From: Bigelowiella natans CCMP2755
Taxonomy: Eukaryota; Protista; Cercozoa
DNA length: 64,000 nt
Direction: 5' to 3'
Assembly (NCBI GenBank): GCA_000320545.1
Contig: ADNK01000149.1
Coordinates: forward strand, 1-64,000
The translations under genes were made by a program, and so were the position numbers. Of this stretch, positions 36,796 to 49,731 are shown one piece after another; within the stretch, counting starts at the first letter, position 1; each line of letters begins with the position of its first letter. The notes under the pieces were generated by a model. The model was given only the letters and a program-made list of their open reading frames with translations, was not told where the DNA came from and made no database searches.

Positions 36796-38165
36796 TTTGC
36801 TATATTAATCAGGAATGGCGTCCATCCCTCTGCCGTTGATGAGTATTTTCGTTGATGACTATTTTGGTACAAGTCTTCCTTCTCTTTAGTCCCCTCGTCG
36901 CTATCTAGCTTTGATCATGGACATCATAATCATCATCGTCATCATCATCATCATCAACAACATCAACAACAACACTTATCATCATCAAAATCATCATCGG
37001 CAACCACCATGTCCTTCAGCTTCGCCTGGAATTCGGAGATATTTGATCTGCGATATGAAGAGAAATAGGGGAAAGAGAAAGAGAGAGAAAGAGAGAGAGA
37101 GAAAGAGAGAGAGAGAGGAGACGCTTTAGAGATGGAGCAGAACTTAATTAAATTGAAGAAACTAGGCACAGATTCACAATCGAAAGCTATGGCGAGGGGG
37201 GGGCCTCTAACCCACACATTATAAGATAAAACTATTACCGGATGGCTTCTGGTACAACACTTGCAAGCTTCGCCGAGAGGTACTGGAGAATATAAGAACA
37301 ACCAAGTTAAGGTTCAAGATACTCAAATTGTATCATTTTTTGTATGTCTTTCGTGTTAGAGATATAGCCCAATATGCTTCTTCAATATGTGTTCTGGTGA
37401 AACGAAGGCTCTCCCTATCTCCTCCTCTTCCCCTTGGCCTCTTTCCTTCCTTCTTACACGCACTTTGTCTAAGGACTTCTGCGCCTGCTTCATCGATTTG
37501 ACGCTCATCATGTGGGAGCGTGATGAGGATGATATATTCGCCGACTGGAATAATACAGAACGGAGGTTAGGGAGGGGCGATGAGACATGGGAATGTTCAT
37601 GAATATACAACAAACATAGTATTTATACAAAATCAAACTACTCTGAGAAGTCTTTTCATCTTCCGAAGGGTCATCGTGGCAACAGCCGTGTCCTTTCTTT
37701 TGCGTGCTTCTCTCTTCCTCTGCCGTTTCCTCCTCCTTTTTTGTATGCATTATCACACAGGTTGTGGATGAGAACTCCATGCTGACAAGTACACTACACT
37801 AGGGCAAAAACTTATGCTTGGTATATATACGTGTGCTTCTTCCATAATCGAGAGACAAGTACAAACACACACATATTCACTCAATATTTATATACATGTC
37901 TTTAAGCATATTTGCAAACTATCGAATCATCATCCAGCTTTTCGTTCCTTTTCTTCTCCTTTCCTTACCTTGTCTCGTCAATATCGTATGCGACAGATCT
38001 CTGTACCAACCGCGGCACCTGCGTGATCAAAGTGTGTAGAGGTGAGAGGTGGGAGAGGGTAACTCAATTCCGAGATTTGATATGATGACTTACCCCATTT
38101 ACAATACGCTTCACAGTATCGATGACCTTTCCAGATTTAGGCCTAGACCATATAATGCATGCATG

Positions 38166-38203
<38 letters not shown>

Positions 38204-39682
38204 CGAGAGAGAAATGAAAGAGAGAAAAAAGGAGAGAGAGAGAGAGAGAGAGAGAAGGCAGAAACATAAACGAAGAAATATGTGATGTTTCTTGCCCTTC
38301 TCCTTATTGTTGTGCTTATTATTCTTCATTTTCATTTTCCCCCTCTTCTTTCCCTTTATTCTTGTTTACTTATTATAGGTTTATTATTATTACCCAAGCA
38401 CTGGATCATCAATCAACCTATTGTACGTCATAAGGAGATTAGCTGCCCTCCACGAATCCCCGCGCAACCGTCGCTTCTGCCACGTCGCTGAATAATAAAG
38501 TATACAGGGAAAGAAGGAAAGCAAGGGAAAGAAAGGAAGATAGCGAATGAGAGAAAGGTCTTGGTATATATTATATTACAGTAAGTGAGTAGGTTGGTAC
38601 TCTGTGTTTAGAATCATGTTGGCCATTGCTGATATATCTTACAGCATAAAATTATTTTCATACACACTTTCATGCCGATCCTACTACTATTACTACTACT
38701 AAGTACTACGACTACTACTACTAGTAGTAGTAATAGTAATAGTACTTTTGTGGCGAGGCCCCTGCCGGTTATTCGCTCTATGCATGTTTCTGAACGGGAG
38801 GTAAGGGTTTTGATCCTGCGTAACAGAAGACAAGAGAGTTTTATGCATTTGACAGGACGTCGAGATAAGGCTGCTAAGACACAAGTTCATGTTCTTCTTC
38901 ACTCTTCTTGTGTCAATGAATCGCATGCATGGAAGTGGGCTTTCATCATTTCATTATAGGTTGCCATTTATTTTACCTTATAGGCGTTGATGAGCGCGCC
39001 CAGCTGTTGCCTCGAAGCAAGTTGTGTTAGGGAGTCGTCCGATCTTACTCTGATATCAATTTAAGGGAGGCCCAAGCTCAGGCAACAATTATATTTAGTC
39101 GTTATCGTAGTCTTACCCCTCAGGCTTCTCAGGCATCCATTCTGGCACTTCAATCACATCCTCCATCATCTCTCTGAATACCAGGAAAAAAAAAGAAGAC
39201 AACAACAACAGCAGAACAGAGCCAAAACATTTTAATTTGAGGAGAATCACTACGAAGATAGACAAAAAAGGGATCCAGTTTACACCATATTCGCCTCCAA
39301 CCCATTCCCTCTGAAGCCCTCGAAGCATGGTCATTCTGCGTACCTTTGCTCCTCTGGGCGCATGCGATTAAAGAGGATGTTATCAATGTCTTTGGCTTGT
39401 TCCTCCAACTTTTTGGTCAGCACTCCTCTGCTGACGGCGTGAGACTCGTTCTAATTTTATCATAGGAAGTATTGCGGATGATCGGTGTGTGATTCGAAAC
39501 CTCTCCCCTTCTTGTTCGCACATTGTGAATATCGAAATGTGTGATGATTCTCCAACCTGGGCAGCTGATCTACGCGGAGTCGTTAACACCATGCATATCA
39601 CCAAGAGCAATATGCATACTATGCCCACACGCCCGTGCAAACCCGCGGCCCCTCCTCCACCGGGGGTTATCTCAGCGGGCAT
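35374..39682 (-). CDS. Hypothetical multi-exon protein with N-terminal signal anchor and very acidic C-terminal tail (could be two genes)
   Basis: ATG 39682 MPAEIT..RVGIVCILLLVICMVLT; exons GWRRIWCKLDPFFVYLRS, QQLGALINAYK, DNKVMLRHFYCSFAPKY, YLLRKHPNMPKTLKLSYG, ALNWPQDWPENWAVNWRRTL; D/E-rich last exon to stop 35374. Confidence 0.55.
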
Positions 39683-40174
39683 CGGGAACCACCGGGCTAC
39701 TCCAGTATTTAGACTTATGTCGTGCTTATAGTTTTGACGTATGGGCATTAATTGTTGGGTGTGTGTTTATATACTGATGTCACATAATATGAAATCAGGC
39801 AAATTTTAACCAAAAATAAAAAATAGCCTAATTAAATAATCTTGTTATTTGGTTCACTATATCATTGGGTAATCTTAGTAGTATACACGATAAAATATAG
39901 ACCAAATAGACTACATGCTGAATCGGCAGCCAGTACCGTGATACCAACAGCCTCCAACTCTCTCGAACCAATGCGCTGAAAACATGCTGCGAATTACACC
40001 TCACATCACGTCCTCCATAAATCTACAATGAGGCTGAATTTCGTGATTAACTGAGCATATTTAGGTTGTCGCAGGCTATAAACAACGGACATCTTCTCAT
40101 CGTCTGGAACCTCAAGCTTCCGTCTTCCGTTCGTTCCCCCCCTTGCTCGCGGTTCGTCGTTCACAGTTGGGGAT
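39683..40174. promoter_or_regulatory. Probable bidirectional promoter between head-to-head genes
   Basis: ~490 bp, AT-rich and microsatellite-free, between ATG 39682 (-) and ATG 40175 (+). Confidence 0.4.
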
Positions 40175-41994
40175 ATGGACGCGTTGGAGCGGCAGTTACT
40201 GGAGCTTGAGGCGCTAGAGGCCATGTTCCCCACGGAGTTGAGCTTTCGACCAGAGGGTGCGATAGAGGCACTGCGATCACACGTTGAACAGGATAACCAA
40301 GCGACGGAGGATGGAGAAGACATGATGCCCAAGGCCATACGTGTCGACTACCAACTAGCGTCCTTGGGTCCTCGTTGCATCGTCAGCCTCACTCTCCCAC
40401 GATCCTATCCAGAGGGATCAAAACCTATCTCAGAGCTTTCTGCGCCAGAACTTGGCCAGGGTAACAAAGGGTTTGTGATGGTTATTTGATGAGAACCTTT
40501 GAATCAGTAGTATTAACAGACTGCCCTTCACCCTCTCCTCACAGGCGCCCGGACATTGCAAATTAAAATCAAGGAGCACATAGATAGCCTAGATGAAGGT
40601 AAGGCGGCTGATCACTTGATTGCGTAGGCAATAATAATTCACATCCTAATGCAAACGAGGTAGTACTTCGAACCATAACAATCACGTTCTCTCTTTACTA
40701 GGGACCGAATGCCTATTCGATCTGATTGAATGGTTACGCGAGGCAGCTGATAGAGTGTTAAAGGATCAGAAAAGTAGCAAGAATAAACCAGAACAGGACA
40801 CGAAAAAAGGGTAGATGGACTCGACGGGGGAGGAGTGTGGGTCATTGTATGTGAAGTGCGAAGATGCTGATGTTGAATCCTCACGATGCACACGTGAATT
40901 CATACAAAATTGCAACACACAACACATATCACACACCCACACACACAAACGCAAGTATTTAGGTCAGGACAAGTCCAAAAGGAGGAGGACTTGATGCTGG
41001 GATTTCTTGTTGTGAATCACCTTCATAAAGGTGATGATTGATAAAAAATCTTTGCGATATTGTGGAAATAAGTGATGAGGTTAATAGATTGCTACAACTA
41101 TCTAAGATCCTGATAGATATCGACAGACCTTTGCGTTACGCGGTCATATTTGCGCCTTTAGCACTACTTTCCCTTTGCTCCTTCTCCTTCTGTTTCTCCA
41201 AAACATACACTTACAACAAAGGTTCTAGCCACAAGAAGGAGAAGGCCATAGTGAAAGAGCTCAGAGTATGAATGACAAATATATGCATTGAAACTTATAT
41301 ACACCATCTATCTCCAACATTGCCATAGAATCATAAATATTCTCACCATACTCATCATCATCATGAATGTTGTCGCTGTGTTTGAACATAGGCATTGTGC
41401 AAAGAGCACACGGAGCATCGAGTCCACATGTTCTACGGGCAGCCAGGGCTTCTAATCGTTCAGGTACGGAATATTCTCTTCACTTGCCTTAGGAGAGTCA
41501 TGAATAACATGTCTTCGCGTGTGTTTGTGTGTGTAAGAGAGAGAGGGGGGGGGGGGGGGGGAGCGCAAATCAACAAAACGCATGTTGTGGTGTTGCATAT
41601 GCATATCTCTGAACCTACTATAAAATCGTAGAGTAGTCCAACCTCCTTCAGTGAAATCCAAAAGTTTCTCAAGAAAATTGCTGGTAGTGCATATGCATGA
41701 AAGAAATCAAAAAGAGGACACATCAGATTCCACACGAAAAGACAGTGGAGACGAGACTATTGACAGAGATTTACCTCCTCAAGAATCCACATCCGAACAT
41801 AGTAAACACGTAGGGGAGAAAAGAATTATAAATATATATTTTACACACAGGCAAACCAGCTATTCTGACAAAAACGAAGACAATAAGGGAAAAGGTTCAA
41901 GACAATGGATCATCGGAGAAATTCGTTGAGTACCCTGGGCTTGGAGGAGGAGGTGTTGGCCTGGCCACCACACCCGCTAATCTTCTTTCTTTAA
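40175..41994 (+). CDS. RWD domain-containing protein (RWDD2-like, RWD + DUF1115-type C-terminus)
   Basis: ERQLLELEALEAMFP and LPRSYP (RWD signatures), GTECLFDLIEWLRE, NHLHK..HKKEKAIVKE, FYGQPGLLIVQ, LSTLGLEEE. Confidence 0.75.
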
Positions 41995-43052
41995 CATGCT
42001 CTTGGCTTAATGCGATATTTTGCACTGTGTTCTAATGTGTTACTGAACTTGATGCCGCAAACAAGCTTACATTACTCATCATTCACATTTGTATAAGGCT
42101 GTGATAAAGATGCAATACGCCGCATAAAGGACCAATACGGGATCAAAAAGACGCTGGATGTTATCCTCGGGCTAAATGAGAAGAGAGGTGGGATGATTAG
42201 GGGACTGGAAAAGAAAAAGTAGTCGGAAATGAATGCATCAGATGTGTAGAAATTCCATGCGACGACGCGACATTTTATGCGATAGCGGCTATCGAACGAA
42301 TGCCTTGAAATAGCTTGGTATAGCGCGGTAACTCATCGCATTTTGACACCAACAAGATATACTCCTCACTTGTCCCTACGCCGTTTATGCACCATATAGC
42401 ACTTGGAACTTGTCTAGTTATGTTTCTCGATTTGGAGCCAGATGCATGGTATTTGCGTATTGCCGCGCAAAAATGGTGCTGATTCTCGCTTGTAATGCCA
42501 GTATGAATAAGCATTAAATGGCTCCGTCAACATTGCCAGGGCATTGGCTCGTTGGCTGTTCGTACATGTTGCTGGAAGACATTATGTTGATATGCTAATG
42601 CTGGGAATAGACATCATTCTGGTCATCTAGTCATCTCTGAAATGCTAAGCATGAGCTATTGTCTAGTTGTCTTCGAAGCGCGATGAGTGATATCCATGTT
42701 AGCATGCTCGTGCGACATGTCTAGATGCTATATGAATCATTTGTTACCAACAACAATGTTTACATGGTAAGCGCTGGCGTGTACATATTTATAGTAATTG
42801 TATGTCATAAATATTTCGTGTGGCGCTGCATATTCTTCCGTGCATCGCAGGGCTAGGCAACAAAGCCTTGCTAAATATGCGTCTTTCCCGCTAAACACAC
42901 CCCAAAGATGATGTTGAAAAAACAATAGCACAGAAGCATGCATGGCATAAACAGGTTTTATGCAGGGGCCTGCTGGTCATGTAGCTCGTGCATCTATGTC
43001 GAGCATTGTAGATGCACGCATTTCGTTAGGTATGTGTGACATTCTTCAGTTG

Positions 43053-43456
43053 TTAAAATCTATCATTTAACTCTCTATGGCACATACGATTCCCATAGAT
43101 TATGATGTGACCAGCAATAATTCTAATAATTTGGGCACATTGCAAAGGCGGCAACATGCTATAAATTGCTTTTGAAATTAGGAGAGAGCTGCTTTTATAT
43201 CTTGGATATCCGAAGCCGAGCAAATCCTTGCAATTGCGTATGGCCTTGACAATGCCGCACGTGTCGAGAGTGGGGTACATGCGGTCAACGAGATCTCCCT
43301 GGTCGTGTTCTACAATAATAGAATAAGCATTATTGTTTTCAATAGAGCAAAAGGCAATGGAGTCGTGCCCGCACACACACACACACGTGCACGTGTGTGT
43401 GTGTGTGTGTGTGTGATTTCTATTGCTTATTTGGTTGTAAAGAGTAGTAGCTGCTT

Positions 43457-43487
<31 letters not shown>

Positions 43488-44785
43488 ATCTGTATTCTAT
43501 TGCTTATTTGGTTGTAGAGAGTAGTAGCTGCTTGCTACATTCAGCAGCAGCAGCAGCAGCAGCAGCAGGCAAATTAGCAAACACATTTATTGTGTTTAAG
43601 ATGCTTTCGTCCCTCCCACTCTTTTCATTACGAGCTGCTGCTGCCACTTGACACATCATCACAACTTTGGCTACGACAAACGACGCTAATCACATCACCA
43701 CCTGGGGGTGAGATCCTTTGTTCTTGACATTAGCTTTGCCCTCATTGTGCTCCTCCTTCTTCTCCATCTTCCCCTTATTCTCGCTCACCCCCCCCCCACC
43801 GTTCGGGGGGTATTCCAATGCTCTGAGTCGCGTAATCACATCGACCATAAACGTCGTCTGGGAGTGCGCCTCAAGAACACCGGATATAAATCGGCAGCAA
43901 ACTCGATCACACCACGTCTCTCCAAACGGTAGCACGCCTTCATACCTGTGTGCGGCACAACTGATTGGTATCTCGGTTGTTGAATAAACACCGGCTATTT
44001 CTCCTAGTGAGAGCACATCCACATCGGAAAGCAGGATGCACCTTCTCTTTTGACGCCGTTGCTGATCTCGACGCATTGCATGGAAAATGCATCATCCGTG
44101 TTTTGAGCACACCATATCTAGCTGCTTTCAATTATCGTTCTCGCTGCTGCTGCTGCTGCTGCTGCTACTACTCTACTTACCATGCGACGTGCCCCCCCCT
44201 CCTTGTCTTCATGGTGATGATCGACTTGTTGGCGTCCACTTCGTCCCAATTCACATGACCGTCCGACACGATCTTAATTATTACATCAATATGTTATATA
44301 ACCATGTACTATGATGTGTGTCGTTCAAGTGTTTATCAGTATACATTTTGAATAAAAAAGTATATATATATATATATATATATTTATTTATATTTGTTTT
44401 ATATATTTTTAGGTATATATGTATCTGCTTGGTTGGTGTATGCAGATCGCTGCTGCATATACTTATGGTTCCCTCCCATCCTTCTCCTTTATTCTCACTC
44501 TCATCCTACCGGGTCATCTTCCGCATGGAGAATCAACGTTGTTATTTGTACCTACGAAAGAAGCGATTGATGATGTTGGACAGCGATATACAGAATGTTG
44601 ACAATGCGGATGATTTCCTCCCCCCCCCCGCCTTCTCTTTCTCTTGCTCTTATTCTTTCTCTTTTCTGTAAGTTGCGGCTACCTTCTCCATGTGCTTGGC
44701 TGCTTGGTTTTCGTATTGTTTATGCGTCTGCTTCCTGGTATACATGACTATTAATTAAAATGATGGGGTACTACTGACACACACA

Positions 44786-44840
<55 letters not shown>

Positions 44841-45255
44841 ACACACACACAGATCTCATTTTATCGCTTTTTCGGCTTCTTGTTGACTTGTTGTGTGGGA
44901 TCGCCTCCTCCTCACAGACCTGTATTCATAGCTAGGAAAGTTTTGGTGCAATTCCTCGTCTTTGTAACTGTGGGATGTAATGCTCGAGTCATCACCATGT
45001 TCATCATCATTGTTATCGATTCGAGCTTTCTTACTATTTGCTACGGGTGTAATCATCATCACCCTCATCATCATCATCATCATCACTCTATGTGCCTCCT
45101 CCTCCCCTCCTTCTACGTGTGCGTGCACACACCTATATGTCGGTAGAGAGTAAAGGAACTTGTCGTACAGCCTAGTGAGAGATTAGATCATGATTATTAT
45201 TATTACCAGTATTATTGTTATCATTTTGAAAGAGACATCGAAACAATACATATAC

Positions 45256-45295
<40 letters not shown>

Positions 45296-45719
45296 GTACA
45301 CATATAGTTGCTGCATAGCATTGGGTATTCTCGTCTTCAGTTTTTCCTCGAGCTCCTTCACCACTATTATCATCATCATCATCATCAATCATACCGCTGA
45401 CAGTCTGGATTCTCCCGCACGACAGTGAAGAGTGCATTACTGTGTAATAATCAACACGGCAGACACGACATCATAATCAGAACTACACCGCCAGCAATAC
45501 TCATTGAGTTAGAAAGGTTGTAGTAGCAGTAGCAGTAATAGCAGTAGTAGCAGTTGTAGCAGTAGAAGAGGGGTCTCAAGAGGCAGCATTTGTAGTTGAG
45601 GAAAGTGCGAAGAGCGTCAGAGATGATTATTAATGATGATGATGATAATGATGATGATAACAACCGATCTATAGCTTCATCATGAGCGATATGACGCTGT
45701 GCGCAAACCTTGGCCTGAT

Positions 45720-45751
<32 letters not shown>

Positions 45752-45863
45752 CCATGTGCGTCATCGTCACCGTCATTGTCGTCAACATCATCATCATCAT
45801 AATGATCATCATCATCATCATCATCATATTAAGACAATGGAAAGCAACACACACGCGCACACT

Positions 45864-45914
<51 letters not shown>

Positions 45915-47433
45915 TCACTCACTCTCATCTCTCTAATTTCCCGTTCTGCTGCGTACTGCTAGTATCGTGACCCACCTGCTGGTTGAGATAGAGCCGGTAG
46001 CTGACGTTCTCATTCTCCACAATATTCTCGATTGTGTAAGGCAGGTCGAAGCATCCTGAACATGAAATCGCTACGACGACGGCAAAGTAGAAGAAGACGA
46101 TAAAAAATAGTGTGATCGATATGTTCCATGCTGTCGCGGTATCACCGTCATTCAGCGTTATTCTTTCGTCTTAATCAAAGCAGAAACGATTTGTGAAAAA
46201 CGTGTACGTACCAGCAACAAGCGGTGTCTTCTTCCCTGTCGCCTACACACATAGAGAAAGGATACATGTGTGGATATATATTGTATGTGTGTTTTTGTGA
46301 ATGTTTGGCCATCAGTATACATGCAGCCTTACCACAGGAGCAGCAGCAGCAGCACATGACAACCACATCATAATAATGATAATCATCATCATCACGATCT
46401 GTAGGAGGAAGTAGTCGCCAGTACCACACCAATTCCTCCTCCTCCTCCTCCTCATCATCATTATCATCATCATCATTCTCTCATCATCCGATTGTTCCCA
46501 TTATTACAATTACTGCTACTACCTACAACTAGTAGTAAGACCTGTAAATACTTGAGCAAGAGATGACCTCCCGCAGAGTACGCAATTGCGATTATCGGGG
46601 CCATGCTGTGGTAGAGGAAAACTAGGAATGAAAGAAACGCTAATACATAGAATCGGTCATAGAATTCTTTCTCATATCATGTCAACAGCCATTCTCCGCC
46701 CTCTCCCTTTCCCCCTCCCTCCGAAGTGAAAAGGAGCCCATCATTTTAAATTACGGGTTTCTTTCTTGAACGTGCGATAAAACTGCTTCAAGATCTCGAG
46801 TTTCTGCATTCGACAAAGGCAAACAACTGAGCTGCTGGCACTTTAAGCTTTCCCGTCGTCCGATGATGATGCGGAATAATATTAGGGAAAGACGAATGGC
46901 TATGATGTGTAAATATCGCTTTGGTTTTCTACAGTTATCTTCACCTCCAAAGTCAAATCGCCAGTATGAGAATACCTAACCAAGAAGAAACAATATCAGG
47001 AGACCATCCATAAAACCAGGTTGTAGTAGTAGTAATGTAGTAGATTCATAAACATAACTGTAGTACCGCAGCTCTCCACCCTGAGTTATGAATGCTTCGA
47101 CATATACGTTGAATGTACTGGGAAACGAGGCCGAGGATCCACACACAAATACACACACACACACACAGCGCAGGCATACACACAGCGCAGGCATACAGCA
47201 TAAGTACGGAAACACACACGAAATTAGCAGAGGGCAAGGTGATATGATGGAAAATTCAAAATATAAGTTTCGCTACAGAGATTTCTCTCTCCACGCCCTC
47301 GTTTGTTTTGGCATCGAGAACACGAAAAAGACACCACCACCATCACCACCAAATTATCATGTTTTCGTTCCTGTGGGTACTAGAAGAAAGGAGAAAGGAA
47401 CTGAGGAGAGAGGAAGAGAAAAAGATATATATG

Positions 47434-47475
<42 letters not shown>

Positions 47476-47809
47476 CATCACCGGATGGTAGCGATTGTCT
47501 CCAAAGCCATGCACGATAACCACGACTGTTCATATCAACATACTGACTATTACTCTCTCAGAACTACTACTTACTATGCGCCGCACAAATTCGTGAATTC
47601 AATGATGGCACTGAAAACGCCGATAATTCCTGTTCTTCTGTAAGACGACTCGACGATCTCGCAAGACAGAAGTCATCGATGGTTTTCAGCATCATTACTT
47701 CCATATATGAGTATCATTTATTAGACTCTCTTCCAAAGCATTTTAAAGCTCCAGCTTCACACACACACACACACACCACAAACACACACACACACACATA
47801 CACACATTT

Positions 47810-47856
<47 letters not shown>

Positions 47857-48031
47857 TATTATAATTCTTGTGTTTGCACGTTTGATACTAGAGTTTGTTC
47901 TGTATGGTACTTGGTTGTGGTGAGCTATTAGTCTCCGTTCTGATGTCTTTGAATGACGCCCAATGAAGTGTCTTCATTATATGAAACTTTCTTCAGCAAC
48001 TCAAGATTATCAATAACATCCTTACTTGTGC

Positions 48032-48070
<39 letters not shown>

Positions 48071-49657
48071 GCAATAATATACCTGCGTATTTTCAGACTC
48101 TGCAGCATCAAATGAGGAAATTTTCTCCATCTCAAACTCGATCTGAAATTGAGAAGAATGATCCGTCGCAGGCGTGTAGATTAGCAGCCATTTAATACAA
48201 ATACAGCCAAACAAACCATAAATATAGTACATTAGATAAAATAAATAGATTCATACGTGATTTATACATTTATAATCTTCCTCAATTTACCTCATCGTCC
48301 CAAAGGAATTCTATAGAACTAACGACCTACGCATGAAGTATCATCATCATCAGCAGGAGCAGCAGCAGCGTCATCCATCCTCGTATGTAGACAATCATCG
48401 TTGTCCGAATTTCATCATCATCATCATCATCGAATTTTGTTTCATTGATGTTAAGGTTGGTGCTAGTACCAGACAGATGATCGTCTGTGCATGGCGGTTG
48501 AAAGCCCATATCGTTGGACTTTGTTGTTGTTATGAATCACATAGTTCAGAATGGAAGAGTACAGATTAGGTGATGATGCGTGAATAACGTGAAATAACCG
48601 GATGATTTCTTTCTTACGTTAAAGATATAGTTGATTATTATCTATCTTCACACACCAGAACTCTGCCTTCTGGAGCTTCGCTTTCTCCACCTAGCATTTT
48701 ATACATGTGTGAGAAATGCGTTTAAATAGCATCCACGCATATGAAAGACGACAATGGTATATATTCCAAGCAGCTGGTGCGAATAGGTAAGAGCTAACTT
48801 TCTTTCTGTGCACACCACGAAGATGTTGATAAGATATACTAATGGTGATAAACTTACGATCATCGCGTTCCACATTGTCCGAACGTACTTAACACGAGGC
48901 ATCTCACGAACAAAGTACCGATCTGGATATACAAAGACGACGACGACGACGACGGTTGAGAAAGGGAGAACAGGAGCAAGATGAGAGGATAATTAGGCGA
49001 TTGATGTAAATTCCTATGGCTTTGCAACATAAAGTAGCCAATATGATGATACTCTCTCCAGCCCTATGTCTCCCATTCTTGCTACTAATTGTTGCTTTCC
49101 TACAATAAATCGCCCACACAACGGAGAAGAAGAGTCCGAAGAGATATCCAACTCTCCTGCCGTGAAAGCCTAATCGTCTACGTATGCACAAATGTTGGTG
49201 TTTTCGAAGAGCGTTAATGCAAGATAATGCCATCGTAATGAGGTAATAGTTATCGTATCATCATCGATATACCGGCAGGTGTATGTGAGGATGGCAGCCG
49301 TTGTCGCGATGTTGATAAACCTGTAGTTATGTTACCTCATTTGGGTGATAGAGATACTTGTCATTTACGAATGCACCCGTTGGATGCAAGTTGTCGTTTA
49401 GGTTACAAACAGAAAACATCCTTTAACTATATTGATACCTCGGGGAGCGTAATGCCAGGAGACCGGAGCGGAATATCATTTCCGTCACGACTCGTCTTCT
49501 GAGACCGAACCAACCTAAAAGAATCTTGTGAACTATAGATAATATTTGCCTCGTATAGTTGCTTTACCGGCGATGGCCGCCAGAAGAGCAAACGATGCCG
49601 CACGCTTGTAGCTGAAATATCACACATTTGAATCGTTATACACAAAGATTCCATCAT
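43053..49657 (-). CDS. Alpha/beta hydrolase, ABHD1/2/3-YheT family, multi-exon; ends approximate
   Basis: PTIWAFNRHAQTI (~48510), VVIVHGFGD (~47520), SQYIQRIC...GWRAAV (~47100), TRDLEAVLSHV..RNP (~46780), nucleophile elbow AIAYSAGGHLLLKYL (Ser ~46576), GCFDL (~46055), LILHAEDDP (44510-44535), TRRGGHVAW|YEG...W.DR (44181-44205, ~43945). The Ser-Asp-His triad is complete. Confidence 0.88.
43418..43533. repeat. 39-bp tandem duplication separated by (GT)n
   Basis: TTCTATTGCTTATTTGGTTGTA(A/G)AGAGTAGTAGCTGCTT at 43418-43456 and 43495-43533, one mismatch. Confidence 0.9.
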
Positions 49658-49731
49658 GATAATGCGCGTTTAGGGGATTAGAGTGGTATAGAGTGGCATC
49701 TCGTTCCTAAGCATCTCTGAATCCGTACCTC

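Noticed and set aside
37960-38000. HAD-like motif VAYDIDET in the 35374-39682 gene
   Set aside because: An alternative frame splices more consistently with neighbouring exons, so the motif may be out of frame.
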